This document shows, piece by piece, positions 1-10,071 of a stretch of DNA of 64,000 nucleotides; the first letter of the stretch is position 1; the number at the start of each line of letters is the position of its first letter. The position numbers were made by a program, and so were the translations under genes. The notes under the pieces were generated by a model, which was not told where the DNA came from, ran no database searches, and was given only the letters and a program-made list of their open reading frames with translations. Source of the DNA: a virus; IMG/VR virus record IMGVR_UViG_3300033145_001746, positions 34,857-98,856 of that record. One strand, given 5' to 3'.

Positions 1-90
1 GGCAGATAATACAATATCTCCCACCTTAATGTTTTTAATTTCTCTTTTAGTTCCATCTGCCATCCATATCATTGTGTCTGGCGCAAAACA
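1..90 (-). mobile_element. Intein N-terminal splicing block (partial) in the putative portal
   Basis: CFAPDTMIWMADGTKREIKNIKVGDIVLSA is a typical intein block A start (C-F-xx-T-x-I-x-M-A-D-G...I-x-V-G-D-x-V). Confidence 0.85.
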
Positions 91-606
91 CCAGGCATTA
101 ATTGTAATGCGGTCACGCGGCAAATTGAGATTTGCCATTGTAAATAGCGGACTATATACTTCTGGGGCAAGTCTCTCAACATTTCCGCCAGCACTTGTGC
201 CTGCGGCTCCACCAACAGATCCTACTGACGCAGCGTTTTTTTGAAGTTCGTACATCGCCTCGGCGTCAGCAGTCTTCATAAACGACTCGCTGTGAGCAAT
301 GGCACCTACTGCTGTTTGACTTTGTCCTCCGCTGATAACGTTTGCCCTTCTTTTCCTATCATCAAGGGCTTTTTCTCCGGATGGCACCCAGGCACCACGG
401 TTTAAATTCTCAGCATCAGCTGCGGCGTTTGGCTTTGTTTGTATATTTTGGTTTAACTTACTGCCCGCATAACTTGACCCTTCTTTTAAAAATCCCTGTT
501 CGATCTCACTTGATATGACCTCTCTTCTAAGTTCTGTCACATGAGAAACTCTCTTTGGGGCAACTCTTATTTTACTATCGTCTCTTCCGCCTCTTCTTTT
601 TGTCAT
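1..606 (-). CDS. Probable portal protein, N-terminal part, interrupted by an intein (runs off the window; not in the ORF track)
   Basis: Manual translation from ATG at 606: MTKRRGGRDDSKIRVAPKRVSH...ERLAPEVYSPLFTMANLNLPRDRITINAW|CFAPDTMIWMADG... It lies directly downstream of terminase large. The portal call rests on synteny and my recollection of the LNLPRDRxTINAW motif in large-phage portals. Confidence 0.55.
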   Translation of the reverse strand, partial: MTKRRGGRDDSKIRVAPKRVSHVTELRREVISSEIEQGFLKEGSSYAGSKLNQNIQTKPNAAADAENLNRGAWVPSGEKALDDRKRRANVISGGQSQTAVGAIAHSESFMKTADAEAMYELQKNAASVGSVGGAAGTSAGGNVERLAPEVYSPLFTMANLNLPRDRITINAWCFAPDTMIWMADGTKREIKNIKVGDIVLSA

Positions 607-615
607 TTACTACCT

Positions 616-2463
616 CTATATATTTTTAGGGACATACGCAAGGACAGGTCTTGGAAATAGCGTACCTCGTGGCACATTTGGATTTACTTTAAAACCGCGC
701 GTCTTGTCAAACTTATAAGCCAAATAAGCATATATTAAAGCCATAAGTCCATCATTTTGTACCTTACCTTTTATGTATGTCTGATGTGGCTGACCGTATC
801 TCAACACAAGCTTACTCTCCATAGAACAACAGTGTTTTACCAGCCATGCAATCTTTTCATAACTAGCCCAAGGAAATCGTATCTTTCCTTTTCTTAACAT
901 ATCAAACATTTCACCAATGATTCTATCTTTTTCGACCACAACTTCTAACTCATCTCTGTTATATTTGATCCCACCAGAAACTGAACCAGCACTTCTGACA
1001 GTTCTATATTTCTCACCATACTTCTTTTTAAGCTCGTTGGACAAATCTTCCGCAAAACCAATGTCGCCCATAGCACTTCGGACACCATACAAGCGAAAAG
1101 CGTTATCGACAAAATCCTTTTTACTATCCAAATCCAACACCTTTAATTTTTCGGCAAACTCTATCTCGAATCTTTCTTCATGATCTACGGACAATATAAC
1201 TCCGCAAGAAAAAGATTGGCCTCTTTTAATATTATCAACATCGGGCTTACCGCCCCAGTCCATCCCAAGATATACAATTTTCTCACCCTGGCCAATGTGT
1301 TTCGACACTGCTCTATCTGGATCTCTACACATGTTATATATTTCTTCAAATGTAATTGGAAGACCTTGACCTGAGTGAAACTCTCCCAAAACTTCGTTGT
1401 TGAAAATCATTTCAGAGTTTCTGGTATTATTTTCAGGTTTTTCTCTAATAATTACTTCTTTATAAAACTCAGGAATGAAAAGCTGATTAAAGTGGAACCC
1501 CACATACTTAGCATCTTCTTTACCTGGTGTTGGGAGCCACTTACCTCTTTCTACTGCCTCTACTTTATCCTGTTCGTGACCACAGCTTGGACACTTAACA
1601 ACGTTTTCGTATAGCCAAATGTCATCTTCCCAAGCAGTGGAGCCAGGAGTGTATAAGAGGAAATAGTTTTTACAGTCCGCACACTTCAAATAGTACCTGC
1701 GTTGATCTGATTCTTCCCACATTCCATGAAACATAGTTCCTTTTTGCCTGGGAGTTCCAAAATATACCTGTACTCCACCAGGCTGCGGCCCGTGCTGGGC
1801 ACGCGTCAAACACTTGATGGTCTTTGCTATGGCCACTTCGCTCATATCCTGAACCTCATCGAAGAAGCATACATCAAATGTTCTACCAAGTACTCTTGTT
1901 CCTTCATTACCTATAGATTCACACCACAGAGTATTTCCATTTTTGAACTGCTTATATCTCAATGCGTCCGTTGCGTCACGAGCCGAATCCTTTTGCGCAG
2001 CTATATATGGCTTGATTTTTCCAGGAGATCTTCCGTCGGTGAAATCTGCTATCTGTATAGACTCCATAATCATTTTTTCCAGCTTATCCTTAGCAAAACT
2101 ATGCATCATTTCTAGCTGTGGAAACGCATGGATAACTCTGACGGGAGCCACATTATTAACGCCATAAAGACCACTGGCAACCATATGTAACTCCATTGCT
2201 GAAGCCATTGTGGTTGCCCCAACCTGTCTACCTTTAACTATAACAATAGGCTTTCCTGCATCAGACATTGCAGAAACAGTTATATGTCGGTAGACATCTG
2301 CGATAAATTTCCATCCATTACCCGTAAGCCTAAAAGGTTTCCCATCGAGAGTTAAGAAAGTCTCGGCGAACGTAACGGGGTCAACTTTCATCAACTCTCT
2401 TTTTAAAGAATCAAAACTATTTTCTGGTTTCCACTCATCAAGGACATGTTTAGTTTTTAACAA
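616..2463 (-). CDS. terL: Terminase large subunit (GpA-like, with Zn ribbon)
   Basis: Walker A-like KGRQVGATT, Walker B FFDEVQD, motif III GTP, CxxC...CPxC zinc ribbon, nuclease LGMDWGG and C-terminal NDGLMALIYA. Confidence 0.9.
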   Translation of the reverse strand: MLKTKHVLDEWKPENSFDSLKRELMKVDPVTFAETFLTLDGKPFRLTGNGWKFIADVYRHITVSAMSDAGKPIVIVKGRQVGATTMASAMELHMVASGLYGVNNVAPVRVIHAFPQLEMMHSFAKDKLEKMIMESIQIADFTDGRSPGKIKPYIAAQKDSARDATDALRYKQFKNGNTLWCESIGNEGTRVLGRTFDVCFFDEVQDMSEVAIAKTIKCLTRAQHGPQPGGVQVYFGTPRQKGTMFHGMWEESDQRRYYLKCADCKNYFLLYTPGSTAWEDDIWLYENVVKCPSCGHEQDKVEAVERGKWLPTPGKEDAKYVGFHFNQLFIPEFYKEVIIREKPENNTRNSEMIFNNEVLGEFHSGQGLPITFEEIYNMCRDPDRAVSKHIGQGEKIVYLGMDWGGKPDVDNIKRGQSFSCGVILSVDHEERFEIEFAEKLKVLDLDSKKDFVDNAFRLYGVRSAMGDIGFAEDLSNELKKKYGEKYRTVRSAGSVSGGIKYNRDELEVVVEKDRIIGEMFDMLRKGKIRFPWASYEKIAWLVKHCCSMESKLVLRYGQPHQTYIKGKVQNDGLMALIYAYLAYKFDKTRGFKVNPNVPRGTLFPRPVLAYVPKNI

Positions 2464-3335
2464 AATTTCTCCAAATAAATATAAAATTCTTCTTTATTAT
2501 ATTTATACCCTTTACTTAAATTATCTTTAACCTTAAGCCATTGGTGGTTTTCCGGGGCAAAGCAAGCCTTTACGTGTAGTAAATTATCAAAGTCAAAGGC
2601 AGATAACGGAAAAATGTGATCTATATGATAGTCGGACCTAGCACCTGGACGTGGCCCAAGGTGTTGAATTATATTTTTGTAATCTATATCATATTTTCTA
2701 GAAGACATTATTTTACCAGTATTCGAGTATTGAGTAAAGGCTGCGCGCACCCTTTTTCTTAATGTTTCCGTTATATAAAACTTTTCGTTGTTTTTCATTT
2801 TATATTTATAGTTACAACACATACACATTGGTCCAGATTCTATCCTTTTCCATACTTCCATAATTCTATGGCACATATGACATTCTTCTAGTGGTGTTTT
2901 ATAACATATAACACAAATTGGCTTTTTCTCTTTGTTTCTTACGTTAACTTTTCTTATTTCTCCACATATAAAGCATTTTTCTCTTGGCTGTTTATGTTTT
3001 GCGTAACACTGTGAACACAACACATCTTCAGAATCATAAATTACTGATATTTTATTACATTTTAAACATTTCTTTTTAGGCTGAGCACAATTCTTATAAC
3101 ATTTTTTACATATCACCAAGCCGTTTAGGTAAGTTTTAACTATGTTTACTTCACCGCAAACACTACATTTTTTGCTGGGCGGCACATAACATTTAGAACA
3201 TAATTTTTTTCTTAATATTGCTATTTTTCCGCACTTCAAACAAACCTTTTTGGGCGGCCTATAACATTTTCCACAAACTGGAGGATTTTTAGTTTTTAAA
3301 GATCTATCTTTTTTACACTTAACACATTGAGTCAT
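2457..3335 (-). CDS. Putative HNH homing endonuclease with tandem CxxC repeats (family A, copy 1)
   Basis: Many CxxC..CxxCY repeats followed by HLGPRPG..DYHIDHIFPLSAFDF...PENHQWL...DNLSK. Confidence 0.75.
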   Translation of the reverse strand: MTQCVKCKKDRSLKTKNPPVCGKCYRPPKKVCLKCGKIAILRKKLCSKCYVPPSKKCSVCGEVNIVKTYLNGLVICKKCYKNCAQPKKKCLKCNKISVIYDSEDVLCSQCYAKHKQPREKCFICGEIRKVNVRNKEKKPICVICYKTPLEECHMCHRIMEVWKRIESGPMCMCCNYKYKMKNNEKFYITETLRKRVRAAFTQYSNTGKIMSSRKYDIDYKNIIQHLGPRPGARSDYHIDHIFPLSAFDFDNLLHVKACFAPENHQWLKVKDNLSKGYKYNKEEFYIYLEKFC

Positions 3336-3337
3336 AA

Positions 3338-4261
3338 TTAAACAATAGTTGGAGGCTCATTAAATACTTCCTTGTTGCCGTCATCATCATCTGGCTGAAT
3401 AACAGCCATATACTCGCCGGCATGGTCATCACCATCGTCATCCATCTCTTCTCTATACTCTTTTAAACATTCTTTGATGAAGTTAATTAATTTCTTATCA
3501 GTGACATCTATGTTTTCTGGCCTCTCGTTTCGAAGCATAGTTTGTATGGCAGGAACTTCTATATGTCCACCTCGTGTGCGACATACGTTCCTGATAAAAA
3601 TTTCAAGCTTTGGGTGCTTCTTAAATACTTCTAGATCATCTTTAACTTCCTGTAATTCCTGAGCACGTTTTGATATATGAAAAGAAGCATGTTTCTCTTC
3701 CGGATTTTTAGCTAGAGTTTTAATCCGCTCATCAATAGCTTGGGCCGCTTTCACATTGCCTTCAGCATCTAACTCGTCTGCCAAAGCTATAAGACTAAGT
3801 ATTATAGCTGATTTCTTATCAACCTTCTTCTCAATCTTCTTTTCGGCGTCGGCCAGCTCATCATAATAGTCTCCACCCTCTTCACCTGCAAAGTCCTCAG
3901 ATTCTTCTAGGTGGTCTTTTGTGATCTCTTTTGCGACTGCCGGATTTTTTGTATGTTCCATCTCCACGACAGTGCCCTTGTCCATCTGCTCTTTATCATA
4001 TTTCTCATCGGGTTGACCGGCGGCTAGGCCACCTGGGATGTGATCCTTAGCAACCTTCTCAATAGCATCAAGACCAACGCGCTCGCGAAGCTCGCTTACG
4101 CAATTCTCCACAGAGTCTACATTGCTCTTGTTCTTGAAAAGATTTTTTATATCGTCAAAGGTGTTTGCGCCCTTTTTAAGCTCGCTATCTGCAAACCCCC
4201 TAAGCCAATCTGGCAAGTTTGCTGCGCGTGCATATTCGCGATCATCGCTAATCTTGGTCAT
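3338..4261 (-). CDS. Putative internal virion protein with a DUF5661-like domain and the LDxxG helical module
   Basis: GTVVEMEH...AKEITKDHLEE...YYDEL resembles DUF5661 (from memory); LIALADELDAEGNVKAAQAID module. Start chosen at MTKISDD (ORF track extends to 4294). Confidence 0.5.
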   Translation of the reverse strand: MTKISDDREYARAANLPDWLRGFADSELKKGANTFDDIKNLFKNKSNVDSVENCVSELRERVGLDAIEKVAKDHIPGGLAAGQPDEKYDKEQMDKGTVVEMEHTKNPAVAKEITKDHLEESEDFAGEEGGDYYDELADAEKKIEKKVDKKSAIILSLIALADELDAEGNVKAAQAIDERIKTLAKNPEEKHASFHISKRAQELQEVKDDLEVFKKHPKLEIFIRNVCRTRGGHIEVPAIQTMLRNERPENIDVTDKKLINFIKECLKEYREEMDDDGDDHAGEYMAVIQPDDDDGNKEVFNEPPTIV

Positions 4262-4319
4262 TTGTAAAGTTCTCCAAATAGTTTTTAAATTCATCTACAT
4301 CATATTTAGTACCCTTCGA

Positions 4320-5156
4320 TTACGCATTATATGCCGATTGCCACTCGCCAAATCCTTCGTCGCGAGAAGGATCTTCGCTATCTCCTACTCTCAATCTGTC
4401 CTTGAAAATTGGATATCCAAAATCGGCAAGGATGGCGAGAATTTCGAGTTGCTCGCGATCATCCATCTTATACTTCTTGGTGGCCTCAGAATAAAGCTCT
4501 TCCATATTTCGTCCACCAGACACTGTTCCGTTAATTAGAGAACCTACAATAGCTCTCTGGAATGGCGTGATAACCATCTGAATTCCATTAAAGTGTGGAG
4601 CTGTGGCTTCTTTAGTCATGCCGTCAAGAACATCTTCCCCTCGCCTGCGCTGTTGCCTGCGAGTCTTTCTCATACTTGACATACCATGTAGGGCGTCTTC
4701 TAGCTGATCAACGACCGTTTCTATGAACTTTCTAGCTTTATCGAGCCTATCAACGTCCAAAGTACCATCATAGTCGCCTCTGAGAGCATGCGAGCAATGT
4801 CCGTCCAATGATTTCCATTGTCCAAGACTTCTTTCCATAAGGGATTGATTTCCCCTAGCTTTGGACATATCAGGAATTCTAGCCATTTCAACCTGGAGAA
4901 AATCCATAAATTCCTTTACATCTTTCGTGTTTCTCCACCCTTTTGGCTTTTGATCATCAGCAGGAGCATCTTGTTGCTGTGGCAACGTTACTTTATATTC
5001 GTTGTTTGGAGGCTCCACAGGTGCCTCTGGAAATATAGGAAGTTGCTCTTCTTTTTTCTCTGGAATATCAAGCGCCCCCTCTTCTGCGACACAAATAATT
5101 TCCCTTTCCAGTTGCTCATTTTCTGCAACAGCGAAGAGTTCTTGTTCTTTACTCAT
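4320..5156 (-). CDS. Hypothetical protein (head cluster)
   Basis: Long ORF with SD (GGAGG) in an operon; acidic N-terminus; no recognised family. Confidence 0.7.
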   Translation of the reverse strand: MSKEQELFAVAENEQLEREIICVAEEGALDIPEKKEEQLPIFPEAPVEPPNNEYKVTLPQQQDAPADDQKPKGWRNTKDVKEFMDFLQVEMARIPDMSKARGNQSLMERSLGQWKSLDGHCSHALRGDYDGTLDVDRLDKARKFIETVVDQLEDALHGMSSMRKTRRQQRRRGEDVLDGMTKEATAPHFNGIQMVITPFQRAIVGSLINGTVSGGRNMEELYSEATKKYKMDDREQLEILAILADFGYPIFKDRLRVGDSEDPSRDEGFGEWQSAYNA

Positions 5157-5373
5157 TGTTTAAATCCTCCGTTATACGGACTACTCCGTTACTACCATTT
5201 GATAAAATCTTTTTTATACGACTTATAACCCTAGATTGCATTCTAATAAGATTCATGATTTCCTCATCCAGGGCATTTATATAGAAGCTATTAAAGGAAC
5301 TTACAAGGACCTCTTCCTCGTCAACTTCATATTCTTCATGCTCAATAAGAGCTGGCTTGGCATTAGTGGTCAC
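5149..5373 (-). CDS. Small hypothetical protein
   Basis: GTG start preceded by GGAGGAG; fits between neighbours. Confidence 0.6.
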   Translation of the reverse strand: MTTNAKPALIEHEEYEVDEEEVLVSSFNSFYINALDEEIMNLIRMQSRVISRIKKILSNGSNGVVRITEDLNNE

Positions 5374-5385
5374 TATTCTCCTCCG

Positions 5386-5829
5386 CTATTTGGAATTCCC
5401 AAGCTTTGACCATAAGGTGATAAGATCACCAAGTCTTTCTGTCATAAGTTTTTGAGAATTTATTAGATCTGACATTTTATCTAGCACTGCTTTCTGTCCA
5501 GATTCAGACTTATCTATAGAATCTTCTAGTTCATTTGATAAAGATTTTAAGGCACTGTCAGCATTTCGAAGCAGAACCAACATTTCGCCAGGAACATACC
5601 ACTTAGGAACACGATTATCATCATAAACAGAGTGAAGCTCGTCTAAATGCTTAATGAGAGCATTAATATTTTCTAGTTTTCGTGCCTGTTCAACAGTTAA
5701 ACCAATGGCCACAGGCGCTATATCTTTGCCATTCTTCTTGCTTTTATCAACAAAAAACCCAACTACCTTAATCAATGTCCATACTAAACCCACAAATAAA
5801 GCAGTTAACGCCGCACCACCAAGCTCCAT
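5386..5829 (-). CDS. Membrane-anchored coiled-coil protein (holin-like architecture possible)
   Basis: N-terminal hydrophobic helix AALTALFVGLVWTLIKVVGFFV followed by basic residues and a heptad-rich body. Confidence 0.5.
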   Translation of the reverse strand: MELGGAALTALFVGLVWTLIKVVGFFVDKSKKNGKDIAPVAIGLTVEQARKLENINALIKHLDELHSVYDDNRVPKWYVPGEMLVLLRNADSALKSLSNELEDSIDKSESGQKAVLDKMSDLINSQKLMTERLGDLITLWSKLGNSK

Positions 5830-5832
5830 GAT

Positions 5833-6723
5833 TTATACTCCTTTTAAATAAGATTCAACAACCTTCATGTCTATAAAATCGTTGATTTTTCTACTTTTTC
5901 TATTTTTTGTGTTCGGAACAAACCATTTATATTCATAGCATTTTACGGGACAAAACCCTATTATGTTTAGCAGTTTTTCGCGTTCCTTTCTGGATATGCC
6001 AATAATACTTTCGTTATAATGAACACTTAAAATCCCTAAATCCTTTTTAAGCCTATATCTTAAGAATTCTGTTTCATTATATGTAAATCCTTCTGTATGG
6101 AGTACACATCCTCCTCCAACTTTATTAATAGATCCATCTCCTATATACCAGTGTAATAAGGCTTTCGGAGTTAAGTGTAAGTTTTGTGGCACTATTTTTA
6201 TAAATTTTCTATTGCTAAAACCCATCGGCTTTTTAATATTAAAATCTTTATTGATTTTATACCAAACTCTATATATGTTGCCAAGTTCCATTGTATTTAA
6301 AGTGGCAAAAGACCAAGTATGGTTATTAGACTTACCACAAGGTTTTCTTCTATAAAGTTTATCACCAACTATGGGAACGCTATTATTCCTAAACAAATCC
6401 ATTAAATATATGGCCCAATTTTTCTTGTCAAAACCGACAGATTCTCTAAAAGATCCTTGATTTTTATATACTATTAAACCACCATCTCCCAACATTTCAC
6501 CATCTATAATTTCTACAAGTTCTTTTGATAACACAGTAGATCTTTTCTTTCCCGCTTCTACACAATCTGACATATTTTTGGGCTTTAAGCCCATTTTTTT
6601 AAGTCTATAAGCAACCAGATCTTCACTACAATTTAATTTTTCGGCTGTTTGCCTCCTGTTTAGACCCAATTTAAAATAAAAGTCATATACTTGTTCATTT
6701 ATTATATCATTTCTTCTTGGCAT
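5833..6723 (-). CDS. LAGLIDADG-type homing endonuclease with N-terminal HTH
   Basis: Two motifs, IDGEMLGDG and LLHWYIGDG, plus LHTEGFT. Start MPRR at 6723 overlaps the upstream stop (TAATG). Confidence 0.85.
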   Translation of the reverse strand: MPRRNDIINEQVYDFYFKLGLNRRQTAEKLNCSEDLVAYRLKKMGLKPKNMSDCVEAGKKRSTVLSKELVEIIDGEMLGDGGLIVYKNQGSFRESVGFDKKNWAIYLMDLFRNNSVPIVGDKLYRRKPCGKSNNHTWSFATLNTMELGNIYRVWYKINKDFNIKKPMGFSNRKFIKIVPQNLHLTPKALLHWYIGDGSINKVGGGCVLHTEGFTYNETEFLRYRLKKDLGILSVHYNESIIGISRKEREKLLNIIGFCPVKCYEYKWFVPNTKNRKSRKINDFIDMKVVESYLKGV

Positions 6724-7523
6724 TATAACCACTTATATTCATAACATCTTACTGGGCTTAATCCAATTATGTCTAGCATCTTTGCTTGTTCACGTTTAGT
6801 TATGCCTATACAACCTTCTCTAAAATGAGAAGTTAAAATTCCCAAGTCCTCTTTTAATTTAACTCTTAAAAACTCTATTTCACCATATGTAAAACCATTA
6901 GTACATAATCTTGCTCCACCATTCTTCTTGTTACTGCCATCCCCAATATACCAATGTAATAAACAAGTTGGCGTTACAGTTATGTCCGTCGGGATTATTT
7001 TTATGTATTTGCGGTTCGAAAAAATACGAGACTTCATATGGTCAAAATTTTCATTCTTAATATACCATTTTTTATGTAAATCTCCCAGTTCTATTGTGCT
7101 CCTTGTGTTAAATTGCCATCCTGGCTTATCACGCCTATAATAAATGGCATTTTCCTTTATTGGTATGTTATTATCTACAAATATATTATAAATATGAATG
7201 AGCCATTCTTTTTTATCGAACCCAACACCTTCAGAAAAATACGCCTGAAATCCTGTTGGAGAATTTAAATGTCCGTCACCTAATAATTCACCATCTAATA
7301 TATCTAGTAACTTTTTGGACATCGGCACGCTAACCTTCATACCATCGCGCACATGTTCCGACATTGATTTGGGTTTTAAATTAAAACCCATTTTTCTGAT
7401 TCTACCCCTTATTAAATTTCTATCACAATTTAATATCTTTGATACTTTAGAACAACTTAAATCTTTTGTAAAATAAAGATTAAATACTTGTTTGTCAGTT
7501 ATATCATCCCTTCTTCTTGGCAT
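6723..7523 (-). CDS. LAGLIDADG-type homing endonuclease, tandem paralogue of 5833-6723
   Basis: LDGELLGDG and LLHWYIGDG, LCTNGFT; aligns end to end with its neighbour. Start MPRR at 7523 (TAATG overlap). Confidence 0.85.
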   Translation of the reverse strand: MPRRRDDITDKQVFNLYFTKDLSCSKVSKILNCDRNLIRGRIRKMGFNLKPKSMSEHVRDGMKVSVPMSKKLLDILDGELLGDGHLNSPTGFQAYFSEGVGFDKKEWLIHIYNIFVDNNIPIKENAIYYRRDKPGWQFNTRSTIELGDLHKKWYIKNENFDHMKSRIFSNRKYIKIIPTDITVTPTCLLHWYIGDGSNKKNGGARLCTNGFTYGEIEFLRVKLKEDLGILTSHFREGCIGITKREQAKMLDIIGLSPVRCYEYKWL

Positions 7524-8164
7524 TATAATTTCTTCCTTGGATTCCATTTTTCTGCCAATTCGTATGCTTTAGCGGAATCTGTTCTATCGTTTTCATATTT
7601 TTGTCTATAATTTGATAGAGTTTGTACTAAAACTAATTGTTCTTCAGTTGTTAGTGGCTCTCCGCTTTCTAATTTTTTATTTATCGGTATCATTTCTTTG
7701 TTTTCTGAAACTGCCTGCTTAATAATTTCAATACTATGGCTACCAACTAATGAAAACAACCCTTGGAAAAGATTGCGACTTTCGTTGTTATCTGCGTAGA
7801 AACCAAGTGGAAATGCATATAATCCGTCTAATCCTATTCCGCTAAATGTCTGTGCGTATAGCGGACTAGCATTAAAAGTAGGAACGCTCATTCCTGCTCC
7901 TGTATCTCCAAAATCACAGTTAACGGCATCCTTTTTCTTTATAATATTAGACGCATATAGACATCTCGCGCCGTCCTTGTAGTGTATATATACTCTTTTA
8001 TTTGCTAATTCAACCTGTTCTTTTTTATCCTCTTCAACAGACTGAGTAGGACACATATTAGAAACGGAATCTCCAGCATTTTCACATGCAGTTATAATAG
8101 GCAGCCCAAATGGGCAACCCCTAACACCATCTTCGTCTTTGCGGATCAGCGCACATTTCTCCAT
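7523..8164 (-). CDS. Cys-rich hypothetical protein
   Basis: ORF in operon with CPFGLPIITAC and further Cys; no recognised family. Confidence 0.65.
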   Translation of the reverse strand: MEKCALIRKDEDGVRGCPFGLPIITACENAGDSVSNMCPTQSVEEDKKEQVELANKRVYIHYKDGARCLYASNIIKKKDAVNCDFGDTGAGMSVPTFNASPLYAQTFSGIGLDGLYAFPLGFYADNNESRNLFQGLFSLVGSHSIEIIKQAVSENKEMIPINKKLESGEPLTTEEQLVLVQTLSNYRQKYENDRTDSAKAYELAEKWNPRKKL

Positions 8165-9294
8165 TATTTTCTACCTTTTCTCTTTTTGCGGCGCCCCTTA
8201 GACTTTTGTAACAGTTTCCAATAGTTAATAAAGTCTTTAACAGCTTTTGCTGCCGCTCCGCTCAAATCATCGGCGTCTTGACTTTCTCCTCTATATTTTT
8301 TCAAATACTCCGTGATTGATTTAAACTTTTTCAAGCCCTCATCTGAGTATAGGTGCGGCTCATCAGGGAACTTGCTAGTATCATCTGGACCTACAGGCAC
8401 AAAATGTGCTTCTATGATGGTGCTTTTGTCAGGAGAACTCTCATCCAACAATATCTTTGCCTCATCTTTAGTAAGAATTTTAAGCACTTTTTCAATAAGT
8501 TCTCTAGCTTTAATACGCTCCTCGTCGGTTGGCGGAATCAACGAATCCACTGTTTCTTCAACGCTTGGAATAAATGGCTCATCTTCTGCTGCCATTTCTG
8601 GGGCTTCCATTTGAGCCAAATAATTGTAAAATCTACCTACGGCAGTGTTTGCAATATGTTCTGCCATATTATAGAACAATTTCTTATATTTGCTGTATTT
8701 AGGAGTTCCCTTAAACTTAAATAAGCTACGGATCATTGCTTCCATATTGTCTTTTTTAATTTCATAATCTACAAATTGGTCAAGAACCTTAAGATTTATG
8801 TCAATGTTATTGTGAATAGTTTGCCACTTGAATTGCTCCGCACTTTTAGCAGAGGCAAGGCTCTCTCTTATATATGTAGTAGCGTTAGCTCTAGCCTTGC
8901 GTTTCAAAACATTAGCCCATTTTGTGATGGCAGAATCAATAGTATCTGCAGCCACTTTCTTTTGCATAGAATGTCTTCGCTCAGAAACTTTGCTCCATAG
9001 CAAATTCCTTTCTTTTTCTGTATCCTTGCGCCAGACGATCCAATCAGAAATACCACCAGGAAATTTTTTCATAAACTCAGACATGCTGCCATAATATGGA
9101 GAATTCTCCCAGCCGCCATAATCCATATTAGTTCTAAATGGATTTGGAGTAGTCCCATCATTGACGGGTTCATAATTCGCACATTTTTTAACATATGCGT
9201 TAAACTGAACACACAGTCTAGCCAATCCAACCGAATCGCCAGAGGCATCTAAGGTTTGTGCCAATTTTAACATCCTAGTAAAGGAATTAGACAT
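8164..9294 (-). CDS. Putative internal virion protein (partial LDxxG module, K-x-A sites)
   Basis: N-terminal MLKLAQTLDASG; KKCA and KKVA sites; internal repeat-like (F/Y)xS(M/I)xE(F/Y)xKK; basic C-terminus. Confidence 0.5.
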   Translation of the reverse strand: MSNSFTRMLKLAQTLDASGDSVGLARLCVQFNAYVKKCANYEPVNDGTTPNPFRTNMDYGGWENSPYYGSMSEFMKKFPGGISDWIVWRKDTEKERNLLWSKVSERRHSMQKKVAADTIDSAITKWANVLKRKARANATTYIRESLASAKSAEQFKWQTIHNNIDINLKVLDQFVDYEIKKDNMEAMIRSLFKFKGTPKYSKYKKLFYNMAEHIANTAVGRFYNYLAQMEAPEMAAEDEPFIPSVEETVDSLIPPTDEERIKARELIEKVLKILTKDEAKILLDESSPDKSTIIEAHFVPVGPDDTSKFPDEPHLYSDEGLKKFKSITEYLKKYRGESQDADDLSGAAAKAVKDFINYWKLLQKSKGRRKKRKGRK

Positions 9295-10071
9295 TTACAT
9301 CTCCTGACTATCGAGCAGGTGTTGTACCATACGGTTTTTTGCTATTTCCAAAGTCATTAACCTGCTCAAGGGAATTATTGGAAGCAATTTATATTCAGCC
9401 AACATATCCAATGCTTTTTTAGCATCGATATTAAGCATTTGATTCACTTGTTTTTTTACATGTGCTAGAGCTAAATCCTTAATTCCACCTCTATATTTTA
9501 TCATTGCCTCTTCTAGTTTAGGATTTATACTTAAATTAAACTGTAAAGACAACTTTATAGCTCTGAGAATTCTTCTAGCATCATGGCCAATAGTCAATTC
9601 TGGGTCAACTGGGGTTTGTAGAATCTTATTCTTTATGTCGCTCATCGCACGGCCAGTCGCATCTATCGGTGTTTTACTTAAATCCATTGGTTGTAAAAGC
9701 GTGTTGATTGTGAAATCTCTACTATATAGCTCCCTCTGTATTTTAGTGGGATCGGTTATTCCGATCTCCGAAAGATTCTTTTTAATATCGGGAAGGTTAA
9801 AATTGTTTGAAAAATCCAACCTTATGTTTTTAAAATCTACAGATGAATGACCATCATTGTACGCTCTAAAGTGGGCTTCAGGCCACTCTCTACTAACAGC
9901 CATCGCCAAAGCAAAAGACCCATTGTCACCTGTCGTGATATCTACATCCTTGATTTCTTCGGCGACACCAAATTCTCTATCTCTTGGTAAACCACCTACA
10001 ATATAAGGTGTAGATATTCTATGTTCTTTTGCTATTCTGTCTAACGATCTCAGCAGGTCGGATAATTTCAT
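9295..10071 (-). CDS. cca: CCA-adding/poly(A) polymerase family nucleotidyltransferase (short, head+neck only)
   Basis: YIVGGLPRD...DVDIT (DxD), SRDFTINTL, DATG...DI, HDARRILRAIK are class II nucleotidyltransferase motifs. Confidence 0.85.
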   Translation of the reverse strand: MKLSDLLRSLDRIAKEHRISTPYIVGGLPRDREFGVAEEIKDVDITTGDNGSFALAMAVSREWPEAHFRAYNDGHSSVDFKNIRLDFSNNFNLPDIKKNLSEIGITDPTKIQRELYSRDFTINTLLQPMDLSKTPIDATGRAMSDIKNKILQTPVDPELTIGHDARRILRAIKLSLQFNLSINPKLEEAMIKYRGGIKDLALAHVKKQVNQMLNIDAKKALDMLAEYKLLPIIPLSRLMTLEIAKNRMVQHLLDSQEM

